Below, in pieces: positions 48,113 through 61,695 of a DNA stretch of 64,000 bases. This DNA is from Mobula birostris (Eukaryota), in assembly GCF_030028105.1 (NCBI RefSeq), contig NC_092373.1, positions 84,569,288-84,633,287 of the forward strand. Direction: 5' to 3'. Below the pieces are notes generated by a model. That model saw only the letters and a program-made list of their open reading frames with translations, was not told the DNA's origin and ran no database searches. A program made the position numbers and the translations under genes. Positions within the stretch are counted from its first letter, which is position 1. Each line of letters begins with the position of its first letter.

Positions 48113-49513
48113 CAATCTTATGTTCTCTGTATTTTCTCCACCAAGGGAAGGAAACTTCTTAACCATTTACATATTGCCTTTTACCATTTTTACCTGTTTG
48201 GACTTTTTTTTTGCTGAAGCATTATTTTTAAATTGCCTCTTCTGATGTAATGTGCTAATCCCTAACTTGCACATAACAACTAATTGCATTTTGAACTACC
48301 AGTGGTATAGAATCAAAATTTGCAAATACTAAAATTGGAGATGTGATTGATTCTCTTGATGTGAAAGGGAATTACAGAGGGACATGGGACAAAGTGGGCC
48401 TGATGTCAGATGGAATACAATGTAGGTAACATATTTTGGAAATGAAAATGGGAATAATTATATTCCAACATAACAATGCTGTCAAATGTGAGTCATTATT
48501 TTAGTGGCATATTTCATTAGAGATTTCACATTTAGAAGTTAAGATATAAATAGATCACTGTGATGCTACAGCATAGCGGTATTAGATGTAATGAAATCAG
48601 AAAAACTCAGTAAGTCGGCAGAAAGAGAAACAGTTAACAAAGATGCTTCATCAAAGCTCACTGATCCCTTAACTATTGATCATTCCACAGATACTGCATG
48701 ACCTGCTGAGTGTTTCCAGCTTTTCTGTTTTTATTCCAGACAGTATTTGCAGACTGTTCGATTTTTTTTGTGAAGTGAAGGATATAAGCTGGTTGTGTGT
48801 TCTGTATGCTTTTAGCTGGAGGAGGGTGATAAAGAGGAGAGTGATTTGTTTACAAAATATTTAACATGATTTAAAAAAACTCAGGAATTAAAGAAAATAT
48901 TGTTGAGGAAAATAAAATGTTTCTAGAATTATCTTGTATTTTCTTTGGATTTGTGCTCGTAGTTACCTTATTTATGTACAGAGTAAATAAGGATGTTCCA
49001 GTATTAAAGGAATGTCAAGAGTATGTACAATATGTTTTAATGAACAAGTTAGAGGAAAAGGTTGTGAGATTTGATAGGAGCGGTAGTTAAAGGTGGAAAG
49101 AGCTTTGGAAGAGTTGGGTCTAATGGGATAAGGTTTGATGAAAGAATTATGGTCAGTGAGCTCTGGGATACAAATACTGAGAGTTTTGATTTGAAGACTT
49201 AGTTTGTAAGTTGTATGGCCTTTGAGAAAAGTTGCAATAGTGGTGGTGAGCTTTGGAGAAGTTGAGTTGCTAGTAAAGTTGAGCAGGTTAGAGTATTGCA
49301 GAATGAGAACTTTGAGAAAGTTGGTGCACAACAACAGTAAACACTTGGAGGTTGTTTGCTACAAAAAAGCTCTGAGTGAGGGGAAAGGGATTTGAAGAAT
49401 GAGATTGGGTGTAAGATAAACAAGCTTTTCCAGGTGAATATGCTGTCAGAGGGATGGGAATAATGAATCTTGTATGCTCATTTATTTCAGAAGCAATTCT
49501 TGCTGTGTTTCAG

Positions 49514-49562
49514 GTGAACCGGTGGTGGAACAGTCTTACCGAGGGGCAACGGGCTGTCACAG
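49514..49562 (+). CDS. parl: PARL exon 4
   Basis: 49 nt, tttcag|...|gtttgt. Encodes VNRWWNSLTEGQRAVTG (human INKWWNNLSDGQRTVTG). Confidence 0.93.
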
Positions 49563-49729
49563 GTTTGTGTTAAATGCAGTGAACACACATGGGAAGGCTG
49601 AGAAAGTGTTAAATATTGAGAAGGTAGTTTTTCTACCACAGGACAGCTGTCCACTTTAGCACTAGAATAAAGATGCCAAAACATGCTTTAAACGTTTTCC
49701 TTCCTCTGTATAAGCTGAAAAGCTTGAAC

Positions 49730-51298
49730 ATATAGACATTAAGAAAGAGGATGTGCTGGAGCTTCTGGAGAGCATCAAGTTGGATAAGCCACTGGGACCG
49801 GACCAGATATACCCCAGGCTACTGTGGGAGGTGAGGGCAGAGATTGCTGTTTGGTAATGATCTTTGTATCATCGAGGACAGGAGAGGTTCCAGTGGATTA
49901 GAGGGTTGCAGATGTTGTTCCCTTATTCAAGAAAGGGAGTAGAGATAGCCCAGGAAATTGTAGATCAGTGAGTGTTACTTCAGTGGTTAGTAAGTTCATG
50001 GAGAAGATCCTGAGAGGCAGGATTTATGAACATTTAGAGAGGCATAATATGATTAGGAGTAGTCAGCATGGCTTTGTCAAAGGCAGGCCGTGCCTTACAA
50101 GCCTGATTGAATTTTTTGAGGATGTGACTAAACATATTGAAGGTAGAGCAATAGATGTAGTGTATATGGATTTTAGCAAGGCATTTGATAAGGTACCCCA
50201 TGCAAGGCTTATTGAGAAAGTAGGGAGGCATGGGATCCAAGGGGACTTTGCTTTGTGGATCCAGACTTGGCTTGCCCATAGAAGGCAAAGAGTGGTTGTA
50301 AACAGGTCATATTCTGCATGGAGGTTGGTGACCAGTGGTGTGCCTCAGGGATCTGTTCTGGGGTCCCTTGTCTTCCTGATTTTTATAAATGACCTGGATG
50401 AGGAAGTGGAGGGATGGGTTAGTAAATTTGCTGATGATACAAAGGTTGGGGGTGTTGTGGATAGTGTGGAGGGCTGTCAGAGGTTACAGCGGGACATTGA
50501 TAGGATGCAAAACTGGGCTGAGAAGTGGCAGATGGAGTTCAACCCAGATAAGTGTGAGGTGGTTCATTTTGGTAGGTCAAATATGATGGCAGAATATAGT
50601 ATTAATGGTAAGACTTTTGACAGTGTGGAGGATCAGAGAGATCTTGAGGTCCAAGTCCATAGGACACGCAAAGCTGCTGTGCAGGTTGACTATGGTAAGA
50701 AGGCATACAGTGCATTGGCCTTCATCGACCGTGGGATTGAGTTTAAGAGCCGAGAGATAATGTTACAGCTGTATGGAACCCTGGTCAGACCCCGCTTGGA
50801 GTACTGTGCTCAGTTTTGGTCACCTCACTACAGGAAGATTGTGGAAACTAGAAAGGGTGTAGAGGAGATTTACAAGGATGTTGCCTGGATTGGGGAGCAT
50901 GCCTTATGAAAATAAGTGGCAGAGGATGAGAGGTGACCTGATAGAGGTGTATAAGATGATAAGAGGTATTGATCGTGTGGATAGTCAGAGGCTTTTCCCC
51001 AGGGCTGAAATGGCTAACACGAGAGGGCACAGTTTTAAGGTCTTTGGAAGTAGGTTCAAAGGGGATGTTGGGTTAAGTTTTTTATGTAGAGAGTGCTGAG
51101 TGTGTGGAATGGGCTGCCGGAGACTGTGGTGGAGGCGGATACAATCGGCTCTTTTAAGAGGCTCCTGGATAGGTACATGGAGCTCAGAAAAATAGAGGGC
51201 TATGGGTAGCCCTAGGTAATTTCTAAAGTAAGTACATGTTCGGCACAGCTTTGTGGGCCGAAGGGCCTATATTGTGCTGTAGGTTTTCTTTGTTTCTG
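49730..51298 (+). mobile_element. CR1 LINE RT and 3' end
   Basis: 313-aa ORF 49968-50909 with QHGF, DFSKAFDKV, SGVPQGSVLG and KFADDTK. Confidence 0.95.
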
Positions 51299-51450
51299 TA
51301 TATCATACAACAGCACCATTTTGAGATTTTTTTCTAATTTGTTTAGAATTCCATTCAAGCATGATAATATCCCTTTAATTCAAGGACTTTGCAGGTAAAG
51401 TATAAGATTGCTCTAAAAAGATGTTCCTAAGTCTGTAATCCTGACATTTT

Positions 51451-51940
51451 ACATAGAAACACCGAATCAAAGAAATCTACAGCACATTATAGGCCCTTGG
51501 AACCACAATGTTGTGCCGACCATGCAACCTGCTCTAAAAGCTGCCTAGAATTTCCCTAACGCATAGCCCTCTATTTTTCTAAGCCCCATGTACCTATCTA
51601 AGAGTCTCGTCAAAAACCCTATTGGATCCGCCTCTACCACCGTCGCTGGCAGTGTATTCCATGCACCTACCACTGTGTGTGGAAAAAATTGCCTCTGACC
51701 TCCCCTTTGTACCTACTTCCAAGCACCTTAAAACTATGCCCCCACACATTAGCCATTTCAACCCTGGGAAAAAGCCTCTGGCTATCCACATGATCAATGC
51801 CTCATCATCTTATACACCTTTATCAAGTCACCTCTCATCCTCTATTGTTCCAAAGGAAAAAAGACCAAGTTCACTCAACCTATTCTCTTAAGGCATGCTC
51901 TCCAATTCAGGTAACATCCTTGTAAATCTCCTCTGCACTC
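51451..51940 (-). mobile_element. CR1 3' fragment, tail-to-tail with the previous copy
   Basis: Reverse-complement homology to 50860-51290. Confidence 0.85.
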
Positions 51941-53059
51941 TCTTTTTGCAATATGATGAGATTTGGTTGTTGTAGCAAGGTATCTGCAACATTTGTCATT
52001 GCTACCACAAGATGGCGCGGTACGACAGTAAACGGCAGATGTACTGTATCTCAATAGGCCTGAATTCATCCTGTGAAGCTCCAATTTTGGCCTTCTCTGC
52101 ATGAGCAGATGAGAAGTATTAGAATATCTGTTTCTTCATTTTTTGGGGCAGGGAGAGGGTACAACAACATTGCAATTCTTGCTGTGATTCCCAGCCATTA
52201 TTTTAGAGAGTTTGTACAGAGAACTTGTGACAGGTAGGATTGAAATCTTCATTGATTTAAGTAGGAATTATAGAAATGAACATTGGAAGGCAAAGGGGAT
52301 TTTAGGTAAAGTTTATTAGGAATTAGGGCCAATGCCTCTTGAATTATGCCATTTGAGACCTTGTTGCTTGACTTGAACATGCAGAGAAGCAATGAACTCA
52401 GTCGTAATTCTGGGATCCTGGACCATAGGAAACATTTGGGGATAATTTTAATTTGGGTGATATTTTATCTATCAGGTGACATTTTGGACATCTTTCATAG
52501 TGCCATAAAGCTGCACAACCCCCTTGGCCTACCATGTCCATGCTGACCTTTTGGCTCAACTACACTTATCCCATTTCTCTATGCCTTGCCTATTTAAGTA
52601 CCTGTCTAAAAGCCTCTTAAACATAGTAATTATCTGATTCACCACTTCATCAGGCAGAATATTGCAAATATCAACCACTCTCTGTAGGAAAAAGACCTCA
52701 TGATTCCTTTAAATCTCCTACTACCTACCTCTGACCTTAAACCTATGTTTTTTTGTTTTTGATACCCCTACCGTGAGGGAAAAGGATTCTAGATATCAAC
52801 TGTATCTATACCCCTCATAATTTCATCTGATTATCAGCCTCCCTATCAATCCACCTTTTGGTTGCCTTCACTTAAAGAAAACAAGCACAGCCTCTTCAAT
52901 CTTTCCTCATAACTAAAATCCTCCTTTCCAGAAAATATCTGGGGTGAATCTCCTCTGCACTATCTCCAGCACAATCACATACTTCCTATATGGTAATAAG
53001 AATTGCACAAACTATTCCAAGTGTAGCCTAACTGGTTTGTGTGCTCCTGGTGCATGAGA

Positions 53060-53620
53060 GTGAGGTTTCCAATAATTACCTGAAAGCATCTTTTCCATTT
53101 AAAGTGGTCATGGGCCAGAAGTTTCCAGGAGCCAGTGGGGATGTTGCATTACTTCCAGGAAGTTTCGAATACATCCTTGAACCACTTTCTTTCCACTTAC
53201 TAATCTTTTCCCTTGGTTGATCTCAAAATAGGGTGTCTGGTTGAGGAGATTTTCTGGTGGTAGTATGTAAACTATGTAGTCTGCCTACCATAGACTACTG
53301 TTTGCACTCGGTAGGTTATGTTGGATAGGTCGAGGAAGGTTGGACTGAGAGAGGATGCTGACAGTTCTCTAATCCTTCCAGTAATATTTTTCCAATCTCT
53401 TGGGAAGTCTGCTGTAGGTCTCAGAAGTATGTAGGAGGGCAGGGTCACTGCTCCCCAAGACTATTAGCTGTGTGCTTGGTCTGAGAATTTGATCTTCCAA
53501 TTCTTTTGCTGAATCTACCAAGAACTTGTGGGCACAGAAGATGATGGCAAACTTAATCACCAATCTGAGAGGTGGTTTCTTTGATATAGGAAATGGTTCA
53601 CACTTTCACTGTCCTGCTAT
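53060..53620 (-). mobile_element. Old RTE-clade LINE fragment
   Basis: EDQILRPSTQLIV...PALLHTSET..YSR...LEKY..WKD resembles the RTE post-RT region. Confidence 0.55.
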
Positions 53621-53744
53621 GAATCCTTATTGTTGGACTGGAGTGAGATGCAACAGGGACTGGTTGCAGATATTGGTTGTAAAACCTTTCCTCTCGCATG
53701 CTCTGGCAAAACACAGCATTATAAATAACAAAGTTTCTCTCCCC

Positions 53745-55297
53745 GTGAGCTGTGTCTTTTATGCTCCCTTTGACCTACAGAACATAGAGGCACTTGTAAT
53801 AACTTCCACAGCCCCTGACGACCCTGTGATCTTGGTCTCTGTGGCTGACGTGACAGCATCCTTCAGGAGCGTGAGCACTTCGAAAGCCTCTGGCCCAGAT
53901 GGTGTACCTTGCCAGCTACTGAAGACTTGTGCTAATCAATTGGTTGGAGTGTTTACTGGCATGTTCAAACTCTCCCTCAGCAGTCTGAGGTACCCACCTG
54001 CTTCAAGCAGGCTTCAATCATACCAGTGTCTAAGAAAAGCTTGGTAACCTATGTCAATGACTATTGTTCAGTAGCATTTATATCCACTGTGATGAAGTGC
54101 TTTGAAAGGTTGATTATGAAGCGTATCAACTCCTGCCTAAGGAGTGATGTGGACCCACTGCTATTTGCCTGCCATATCAACAAGTCCACAACAAATGCTA
54201 TTTGTTCAGCTCTTCACTCAGCTCTGCAACATCTGGATGATGAAGGTGCATACATCAGGATGTTCTTCATTGACTACAGCTCAGCATTCAACACTTCCAT
54301 CTCTTTTGAACGAATCACTAAACTCTTAGACCTAGTCTTCGATACCTCTATGCAATTGGATCCTCTATTTCCTCACTTGTAGATCGCTGTCAGTACGGAC
54401 TGGCAGCATCTGCTTCACAATCACTATCAGCATTGGTGCACCACAAGACAATGTGCCTAGCCCCCTGCTCTCCTTGCTTCATTACCTGTTATTGTGTGCC
54501 TAAGCACAACTGCACTGCCATATTTAAGTTTGCTGATGTCACTATTGTTGGCAGAATCAAAGGTGGTGACGACTCGGGATATAGAAGGGAAATTAAAAAT
54601 CTGGTTGAATAACAACAGCTCTCTCAATGTCAGCAAGATCAAAGAGCTGATTTTTGACTCCAGGAGCAAGAAGTCAGAAGTCATGAGCCAGTCCTCATTA
54701 GGGGATTGGAGGTGGAGAGGGTCAGTAACTTTAAATTCCTTGGTGTCATCATATCAGAGGATCTGTCCTGGGACCAGCATGCAAGTGCCATCACAAAAGA
54801 AGGCATTATAGCACCTCTACTTTCTTAGAAGTTTGTGTAGATCCAGCATGATTTTATGGAGAGTATCCTGATTGTTTGCATCACAGCCTGGTATGGATCA
54901 CCAATGCCCGGGAATGGGAAAGTTCTACAAAAAATGGTAGATAGAGCTAAGTCCATCGGAAGCAAAGCCCTCCACGTTATTGAGCACATTTACAGGCGTA
55001 CTGCTACAAGAAAGTACCATCCAACATCCAGGCCATGCTATTACCATCAAGCTCTTGAACCGCCATGGGTAACTTCACACACATCAACCCTGAACTGACT
55101 CTACAACCTGTAGTCTCACTTTCAAAGACTCGATAACTGGCATTTTCAGTATGATTTACCTACTTATTTGCATGATTTGGCTTTCTTTTTGTACATTGGA
55201 TGTTTGCCAGTCTATTATTCTATAGTTTTTTCCCCATAAATTCTATTGTATTTCTTTATTTTCCTGTAAATGCCTATAAGAAAATGAATCCCAAGGT
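53745..55297 (+). mobile_element. Decayed Rex1-like LINE RT/3' part
   Basis: [35 protein letters not shown] and LNVSKIKELI motifs. Confidence 0.85.
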
Positions 55298-55544
55298 TTG
55301 GCGTTTGCCTCTGCACATGCGCAGATTGTAAGCATTATCAGTGTAGCCCACCTCCTGAGGGCAGGGTGTCCTTGATTCTGGCGAGTAATTTCCATAGTTT
55401 GAATAATTTATCATCATTTCTGATGATTTGCTCCAGTTCAACAGAAAGTATACTGGAAGTGAGGCGCAACATAATTGAGTGAAGTGTTGGTGGACTGACG
55501 CCATCCTGTTTAACACTGGTTTTGAATAAGATACAGTGTTCAGA

Positions 55545-56030
55545 GTAAGTTTGTTATCAGTATAATATAGGTCACCTGCGATTTGTTTGCTTGTGGGCAT
55601 GCTCAGTACATCTAAGAAGCATGACCAAATCAGTGAAAGGCCGTACGTAACAGAACAGACAAACAACCAATGTGCAAAAGACAACAAACTGCAAATACAA
55701 AAGGGGAAAAAGGTAATAACATTAATAAATGAATATGCAATAAATATTGAGAACATGAAATGAAGAGTCCTTGAAAGTGAGTCCATAAGTTGTGGGAACA
55801 ATTTAGTGATGGGGTGAGTGAAGTTGAGTAACGTTAGCTAGTTCAAGATGGTTGAGAGGTTTTAACTGTTCTCGAAGCTGATGGTGTGGGTCTTGAGGTT
55901 CCTGTACCACCTTCCTGATGGCAGCAGTAAGAAGAGACCATGGCCTGGATGATGGTGGTCCTCGACGATGGGTGCTGCTTTCCTGTGACAGTGCTCCGTG
56001 TACACGTGCTCAGTGGTGGGGAGGGCTTTA
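55545..56030 (-). mobile_element. Rex1-like 3' fragment
   Basis: HHPGHGLFLLLPSGRWYR. Confidence 0.8.
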
Positions 56031-57139
56031 CTTGAATGGTTTAATGTCTGGGACTCACCAGACAATTTGTGTAACTTTGTTCTTAGAGTCATAAAGTCAT
56101 AGAGTACTGCAGCACAGAAACAGACCCTTCAGCCCATCTAGTCCATGCCAACCTGATCTTCTACCTAGTCTTAACTACCTACACTGGGACCATAGCCCTC
56201 CAAATCCTTCCCATCCATGTATATACTTACCCAAATTTCTCTTAAATGTTACAATTGAATCCTCATCTACAACTGGTACCATATTTGCACCACCCTGTGA
56301 GTGATGAAATTGTGGTTATTTGTTCTGTCTTAACCAAATTGGCAACTGCTTACTAGTGAATCCTTATCGTAGAGCTTTAGCTACCCCAGTTAATTTAATG
56401 CTGATTGAACAGGGGCTCTTAGTTAGTGAAGCCACTGAGAACAGGAATACCTAAGTCACAATCCAGAAATGCCATTGGTAGTAAATTTAAAATTAGCGAG
56501 TATTTTCTCCTTTGTAAGGCCAGAAGGAATCCAACAAAGATACATCTGTATTTATAATGGAATATAGATGTATTTAAATTGAGGCTTAATGCTTTCCTTG
56601 AGCACCCTAAACTGCAGGCTACTCTTGAAGTGACCAATGTTAAATTTAGTTGTGGCAGGTTTCACAGCAGTAAATAGTTTAAAATGTTGGAAATACATAG
56701 ACTAGGTCATTATACACCTGTAGAGAGCATAGTCATGCTGGTAATCCTTCAGCTGTGAGGTGTCAAATGTAATCATTCACAGTCATAGAATTATATCGCA
56801 CAGAAACAGGCTGTTTGACCGAACTCATTTCTGCCAACAAAGGGGTTTTCCTAAGTTAGTCCCATTTCCTTGCATTTGGTCCATATCCATCCTGTCCAAA
56901 TATATTTTTTAAATATTGCAATTGTACCAGCTTCTACCACTTACTCTGGCCACTCATTACATATACACTCTGCAGTCTGGAAGAAAAAATTTGCCTCTCA
57001 GGTTCCCCCATATATCTTTCTCCTCTCACCTTAAAGCTGTACTCTAGTTTTAGACTTTCCTACCCTGGGAAAAAGGCCATCTAACTCATCTGTGCCCTTC
57101 ATGATCTTATAGACCTCTACAAGATTACCCCTTCAGCTT

Positions 57140-58400
57140 TCACTCCCAGATGACATCAATGCATTTTATGCTTGCTTTGACCAGAAAAACATGGAGGTAT
57201 CTTCATTAGCTCCCACAGCTCCCAATGAGCCTGTGATTTTAGTCTCTGGGGGCCAATGTGAGAGTATCCTTCAGGAGGGTGAATTCATGGGAAGCATCTG
57301 GCCCAGACAGGGTACCTGACCAAGTACTAAAGACCTGTGCTGATCAACTGGCTGGATTATTCACCAATATCCTTACTGTTGCTTTGACAGTCTGTGGTAC
57401 TCACCTGCTTCAAAATTTGAAGCATATCAGCTCCTGCCTGAGAAGCGACTTGGATCCGCTGCAATTTGCGTACCATCACAACAGGCATTTCGTTGGCTGT
57501 TCAGTCAAAGGTGGTGAATAATCAGCCTATAGGAGGGAAATTGAAAATCCGGCTGAGTGTTGATACATCAGCAACTTCTCACTCAATGTCAGCAAGACCA
57601 AGGAGATGATTATTGACTTCGGAAGAAAACCAGACCTCATTGGGGATCAGAGACGGAGTGGGTCGGCAACTTTAAATTGTTTAGTGTTATCATTTCAGGT
57701 AATCTCTCCTGGGTCTAGTACGTAAGTGCCAGTTCGAAGAAAGCACAGCAGCGCCTCTGCTTCCTTAGAAGTTTATGGAGATTTGGCATGTTATCTAAAA
57801 CTTTGACAAACTTCTATGAACGTGTGGTAGTATATTAATAGGTTGTATCACAGCCTGGTATGGAAACATCAATGTCCTTGTATGGAAAAACCTACAAAAA
57901 GTAGTGGATATGGCCCAGTGAATCACAGGTAAAGCCCTCCCCACCCTTGAGCACATCTACACGGAGCGCTGTTGTAGGAAAGCAGCATCAGTCATGAAGA
58001 ACCCCCACTCACCATCCAGGCCATGCTCTCTTTTTTGCTGCTGCCATTAGGAAGAAGGTGCAGGAACCTCAAGACTGTACTGTCGTGTTCGGAAACAGTT
58101 ATTATCTCCTCAACCATTGGGGATAACTTCACTCAACCCATCACTGAACTATTCCCACAACCTATGGACTCACTTTCAAGGACTCTATCTTGTGTTCTTG
58201 ATATTTATTGCTTATTTATTATTTCATTTTTTCCCTTTCTTTTTGCATTTGCACAGTTTTTTTTTTACACATGGTTGTTCATATTCACACTTATTCATTG
58301 ATTCTATTGTGTTTCTTGTAATTACTGTGGTTGCCCGTAAGAATATGAATCTCGGTTGTACGTTTGTGATGACACATATATACTTTTACTTTGAAGTTTG
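57140..58400 (+). mobile_element. Internally deleted Rex1-like LINE
   Basis: ASGPDRVP, LDPLQFAY and LLPLGRR motifs; tail aactttgaa-like. Confidence 0.8.
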
Positions 58401-58404
58401 AACT

Positions 58405-60590
58405 ATTAGGGGAACACGTTGGATTTTGTGATCATAATTCCAGTAGTTTCAAGATAATGATGGAGAATAGAATTGGCCTTTGGATTGAGGTTCTAAATTG
58501 GAGAAAGGCCAATTTTGATGACATCAGAAGGGGTATGGCAGGTGTAGATTGGGGTAGATTGTTTTCTGGCAAAGTGAGACCTTCAGAAGTGAAATATTGA
58601 GAGTACGGAGTTTATACTGTATGTTCCTATTAGGATACAAGGCAAGGCCAATAGGTTTAGGGAACCTCAGTTTGCGAGGGGCATTGAGGCCTTGGAGTAG
58701 AAGAAGTAGAAAGTACGTAGCAGGTATAGGCAGCAAGGAACAAATGAGGGCTTGAGAAGTATAAGAAATGCAAGAAAAGACTTAAAGGGGATATCAGAAG
58801 ATCTAAAAGAAGACAAGAAGTTGTTCAGGCAGATGAGGTGACAGGCTTCTACAGATATATTAAAAGCAAAAGGATGGCAAGGAACAAAATTGGTGCACTT
58901 GCAGATCAACGTGGTCATGTATGTATGGAGCCTAAAGAGATGCGGGAGATCTTAAATAGATTTTTTGCATCTGTATTTACTTGGAAGACTGATAAGGAGT
59001 CTAGAACTGAGGCAAAGTAACACTGAGGTCCAGATTACGCAAGAGGAAGAGCTTTCTGTTAAGGCAGATTACGGTGGATGAGTCCCCAGGGCCTGACAAG
59101 GTGTCCCCTTGGCCTTGTGAGAGGTTAGTACAGAATCTACAGGGACCCTGATAGAGGTACTTAAAACATCCTTGACCATGGGTGTGGTGCCGGAGGAATG
59201 GAGGATAACTAATGTTCTGTTGTTGATGAAAAAGCTGGGGAATTATCTTCAAATGAGTCTGACATCTGTAGTGGGTAAATTATTGGAAGGTATTCTAGGG
59301 GACAGGATATGTAAATATTTGGATAGATAGGGTTTCATTAGGAATAATCAAATGGCTTTGTGCATGATGGAGTGTGTCTATGCATTTTTATGGAGTTTTT
59401 CGATGAAGTTACCAGGAAAGTTGAGTGAAGGAAGGGCAGTGGACATTGTTTACATGGACTTTAGCAAGGCCTTTGACAAAGTCTCGCGTGGATGTCTGGT
59501 CCAAAAGGTTCAGTCACTTGGCATTCAGGATGAAGTAATAAATTGGACTTAACATAGATTTAGCAGGAGAAGCCAGAGAGTGGTAGTGGGTGGTTGCTTC
59601 TCTGACTGAAGACCTGTGACCCTTGATGTTTGCACCAATCAGTGCTGTTTGTCATCTGTTATTGGTATGGTTGATAATGTGGTAAACTGCATCAGCAAGT
59701 TTGGGGATTTAGAGGACAGCAAGGAATGCTGTCAAAGGCTTACAGCAGGATCTGGATTAGCTGAATAAATGGCAGATGGAATTTAATGCAAACAAATATG
59801 AGGTTTTGCAGTTTGGATTGACAAACAAGAGTAAACAATGCATACAGTGAACTAAGGGCACAGGGCACTAAGGAATCCGGTAGAGCAGAGAGCTCTGGGA
59901 ATGCAGATTCATAAATCCTTGAAAGTGGCACCATGAGTAGGTAGAGTCATAAAGAGACCTTTTGCACATTGACCTTCATAAATCAAGGTATTGAGTACAG
60001 GAGATGAAGTATATTGTTGAAGTTTTTTTAAGACATTGGTGACTCCATATTTGGAGTCTTGTGTGTAGTTTTGGTCACCTACCTACTGGAAAGATGTCAA
60101 AAAGATTAAAACAGTGCAGAGAAAGGATGTTTTGAACTTGAGGACCTGAGTTATGGGGAAAGGTTGAAAGGGTTTGGACTTTATTCCTTGGAGTGTAGGA
60201 GAATGGGTGGAGATCTGGTAGAGGTCTACAAGATTATGAGGGGTGTAGATAGGATAAATGCAAGTGGGGGTTTTTCCACTGAGATTGGGTGAGACTAGAA
60301 AGAATTAGAGATCATGGGTTAAGGTGACAGGCGAAAGAGTTAAGGGGAACCTGAGAGAAACTTCTTCACTTAGAGGGTGGTGTGAGTGTGGAATGAGCTG
60401 CCAGCGGAAGTAGTGGATGTAGGTTTGATTGCAACATTTAAGACAAGTTTGGATAAATACATTTATGCGAGGGGTATGGTGGGTTATGGTCTAGGTGTGG
60501 GTCAATGGGACTAGGCAGAATAACAGTTTGGCATGGACTAAATGGGTGAAGGGCCTTTTTTTTTGTTGTACTGCTCTATGACTATGATTC
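58405..60590 (+). mobile_element. Decayed CR1 ORF2
   Basis: CDHNS, LNWRKANF, FYRYIKSKR and DIVYMDFSKAFDKV motifs; CR1 tail. Confidence 0.88.
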
Positions 60591-61599
60591 TATATAGTCT
60601 TTCTTTATAACGGAAGTTTTCTGTTCATGGAACCATCCTTGTGAATCTTTTCTCCGCTCTCTCTAGTTTAATCACATCCTTCTTATTGTATGGTGACCAG
60701 AACTGTGTACAATATTCCAAATAGTTTCTTACCTATATCTTGTACATGATGTTTGATCTTTTGTACTCAGTTCCCTGTCTGAATCAAGTGTGTCATTTGT
60801 CTTCTTCACTACCCTGTCTTATCTGTATCACCACTTTCAGGGAGCTATGCATTTGTATTGTGTATTCATTGTGTTCTGGTCCTATCATTGTGGTTCTAAC
60901 AATCCTGCATACCAGTCCAGTCACTGGCATTCATTTCCTGTTGTGAATATGCTGTTCAGTCACCCTGACATTTTGTTCTTTTTGCTGTCTTTTGTAAATT
61001 TATTGCTGTGGAACTAATTGAGCTTGTCCTTTGGCTTCACAGGTTGATTGCTTTGTTCCTGAATACCTGGCCATCCTTTGAGCTGATTTGTGGATTTAAT
61101 CACTAACCATCCCTGGCATTGCAATGTTTCCTGTTATGCCTGCTCAGTTTGGATGTGCATGTGATAATAGTGTTAAGAAATATGACGTTGCAAAATTCGT
61201 TAAACAGTGCTGTGGAACCTTGCTGTGGTGCCGCTCCCGTAATTGGACAGATACGCCTGGTATAGTGTGTATGTGCCAAATGTACAACAAATTTTCCAAT
61301 TGAGCCCTAGAATGGGGAAAAAAAAGAACTCCCATCTACCAGATACTTTATAGATCTGCTGTTACCTTAGTCCTATTTGTTTGTACTTTAGTGTGCTTCT
61401 TGTCTGATGTACTTTTATTGAATGTCAAGTGAAGGTTGTAAACTTTTCAAAACAGAGCCCTAAGTTCCTGAAAAGTACAAATTTCCTCATATTTTTGGAA
61501 AATTTTAAAACCAGAACCAAAACTCAGATTCTGTGTACAGTTTGTTATACTCGTCAACTAATTCATTTCAGAGTATTAAAAGATTCCGTTCTTTTGCAG

Positions 61600-61695
61600 G
61601 GATTATAGCGGTCAATGCATTAGTGTTTTGTCTGTGGAGAATTCCCTCAATGCAGTGGACTATGGTCAGGTACTTCACCTCAAATCCTGCTTCCA
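61600..61695 (+). CDS. parl: PARL exon 5
   Basis: 96 nt, cttttgcag|...|gtaagt. Encodes IIAVNALVFCLWRIPSMQWTMVRYFTSNPAS. Confidence 0.95.

Noticed and set aside
48972-49430. Purine-rich stretch with 120-aa and 74-aa - strand ORFs
   Set aside because: No motif recognised; probably an old LINE remnant, but I cannot assign it.
51952-52067. Possible C/D snoRNA (ATGATGA ... CTGA)
   Set aside because: Terminal stem is only about 3 bp, with no clear C'/D' boxes and no recognisable rRNA antisense element.
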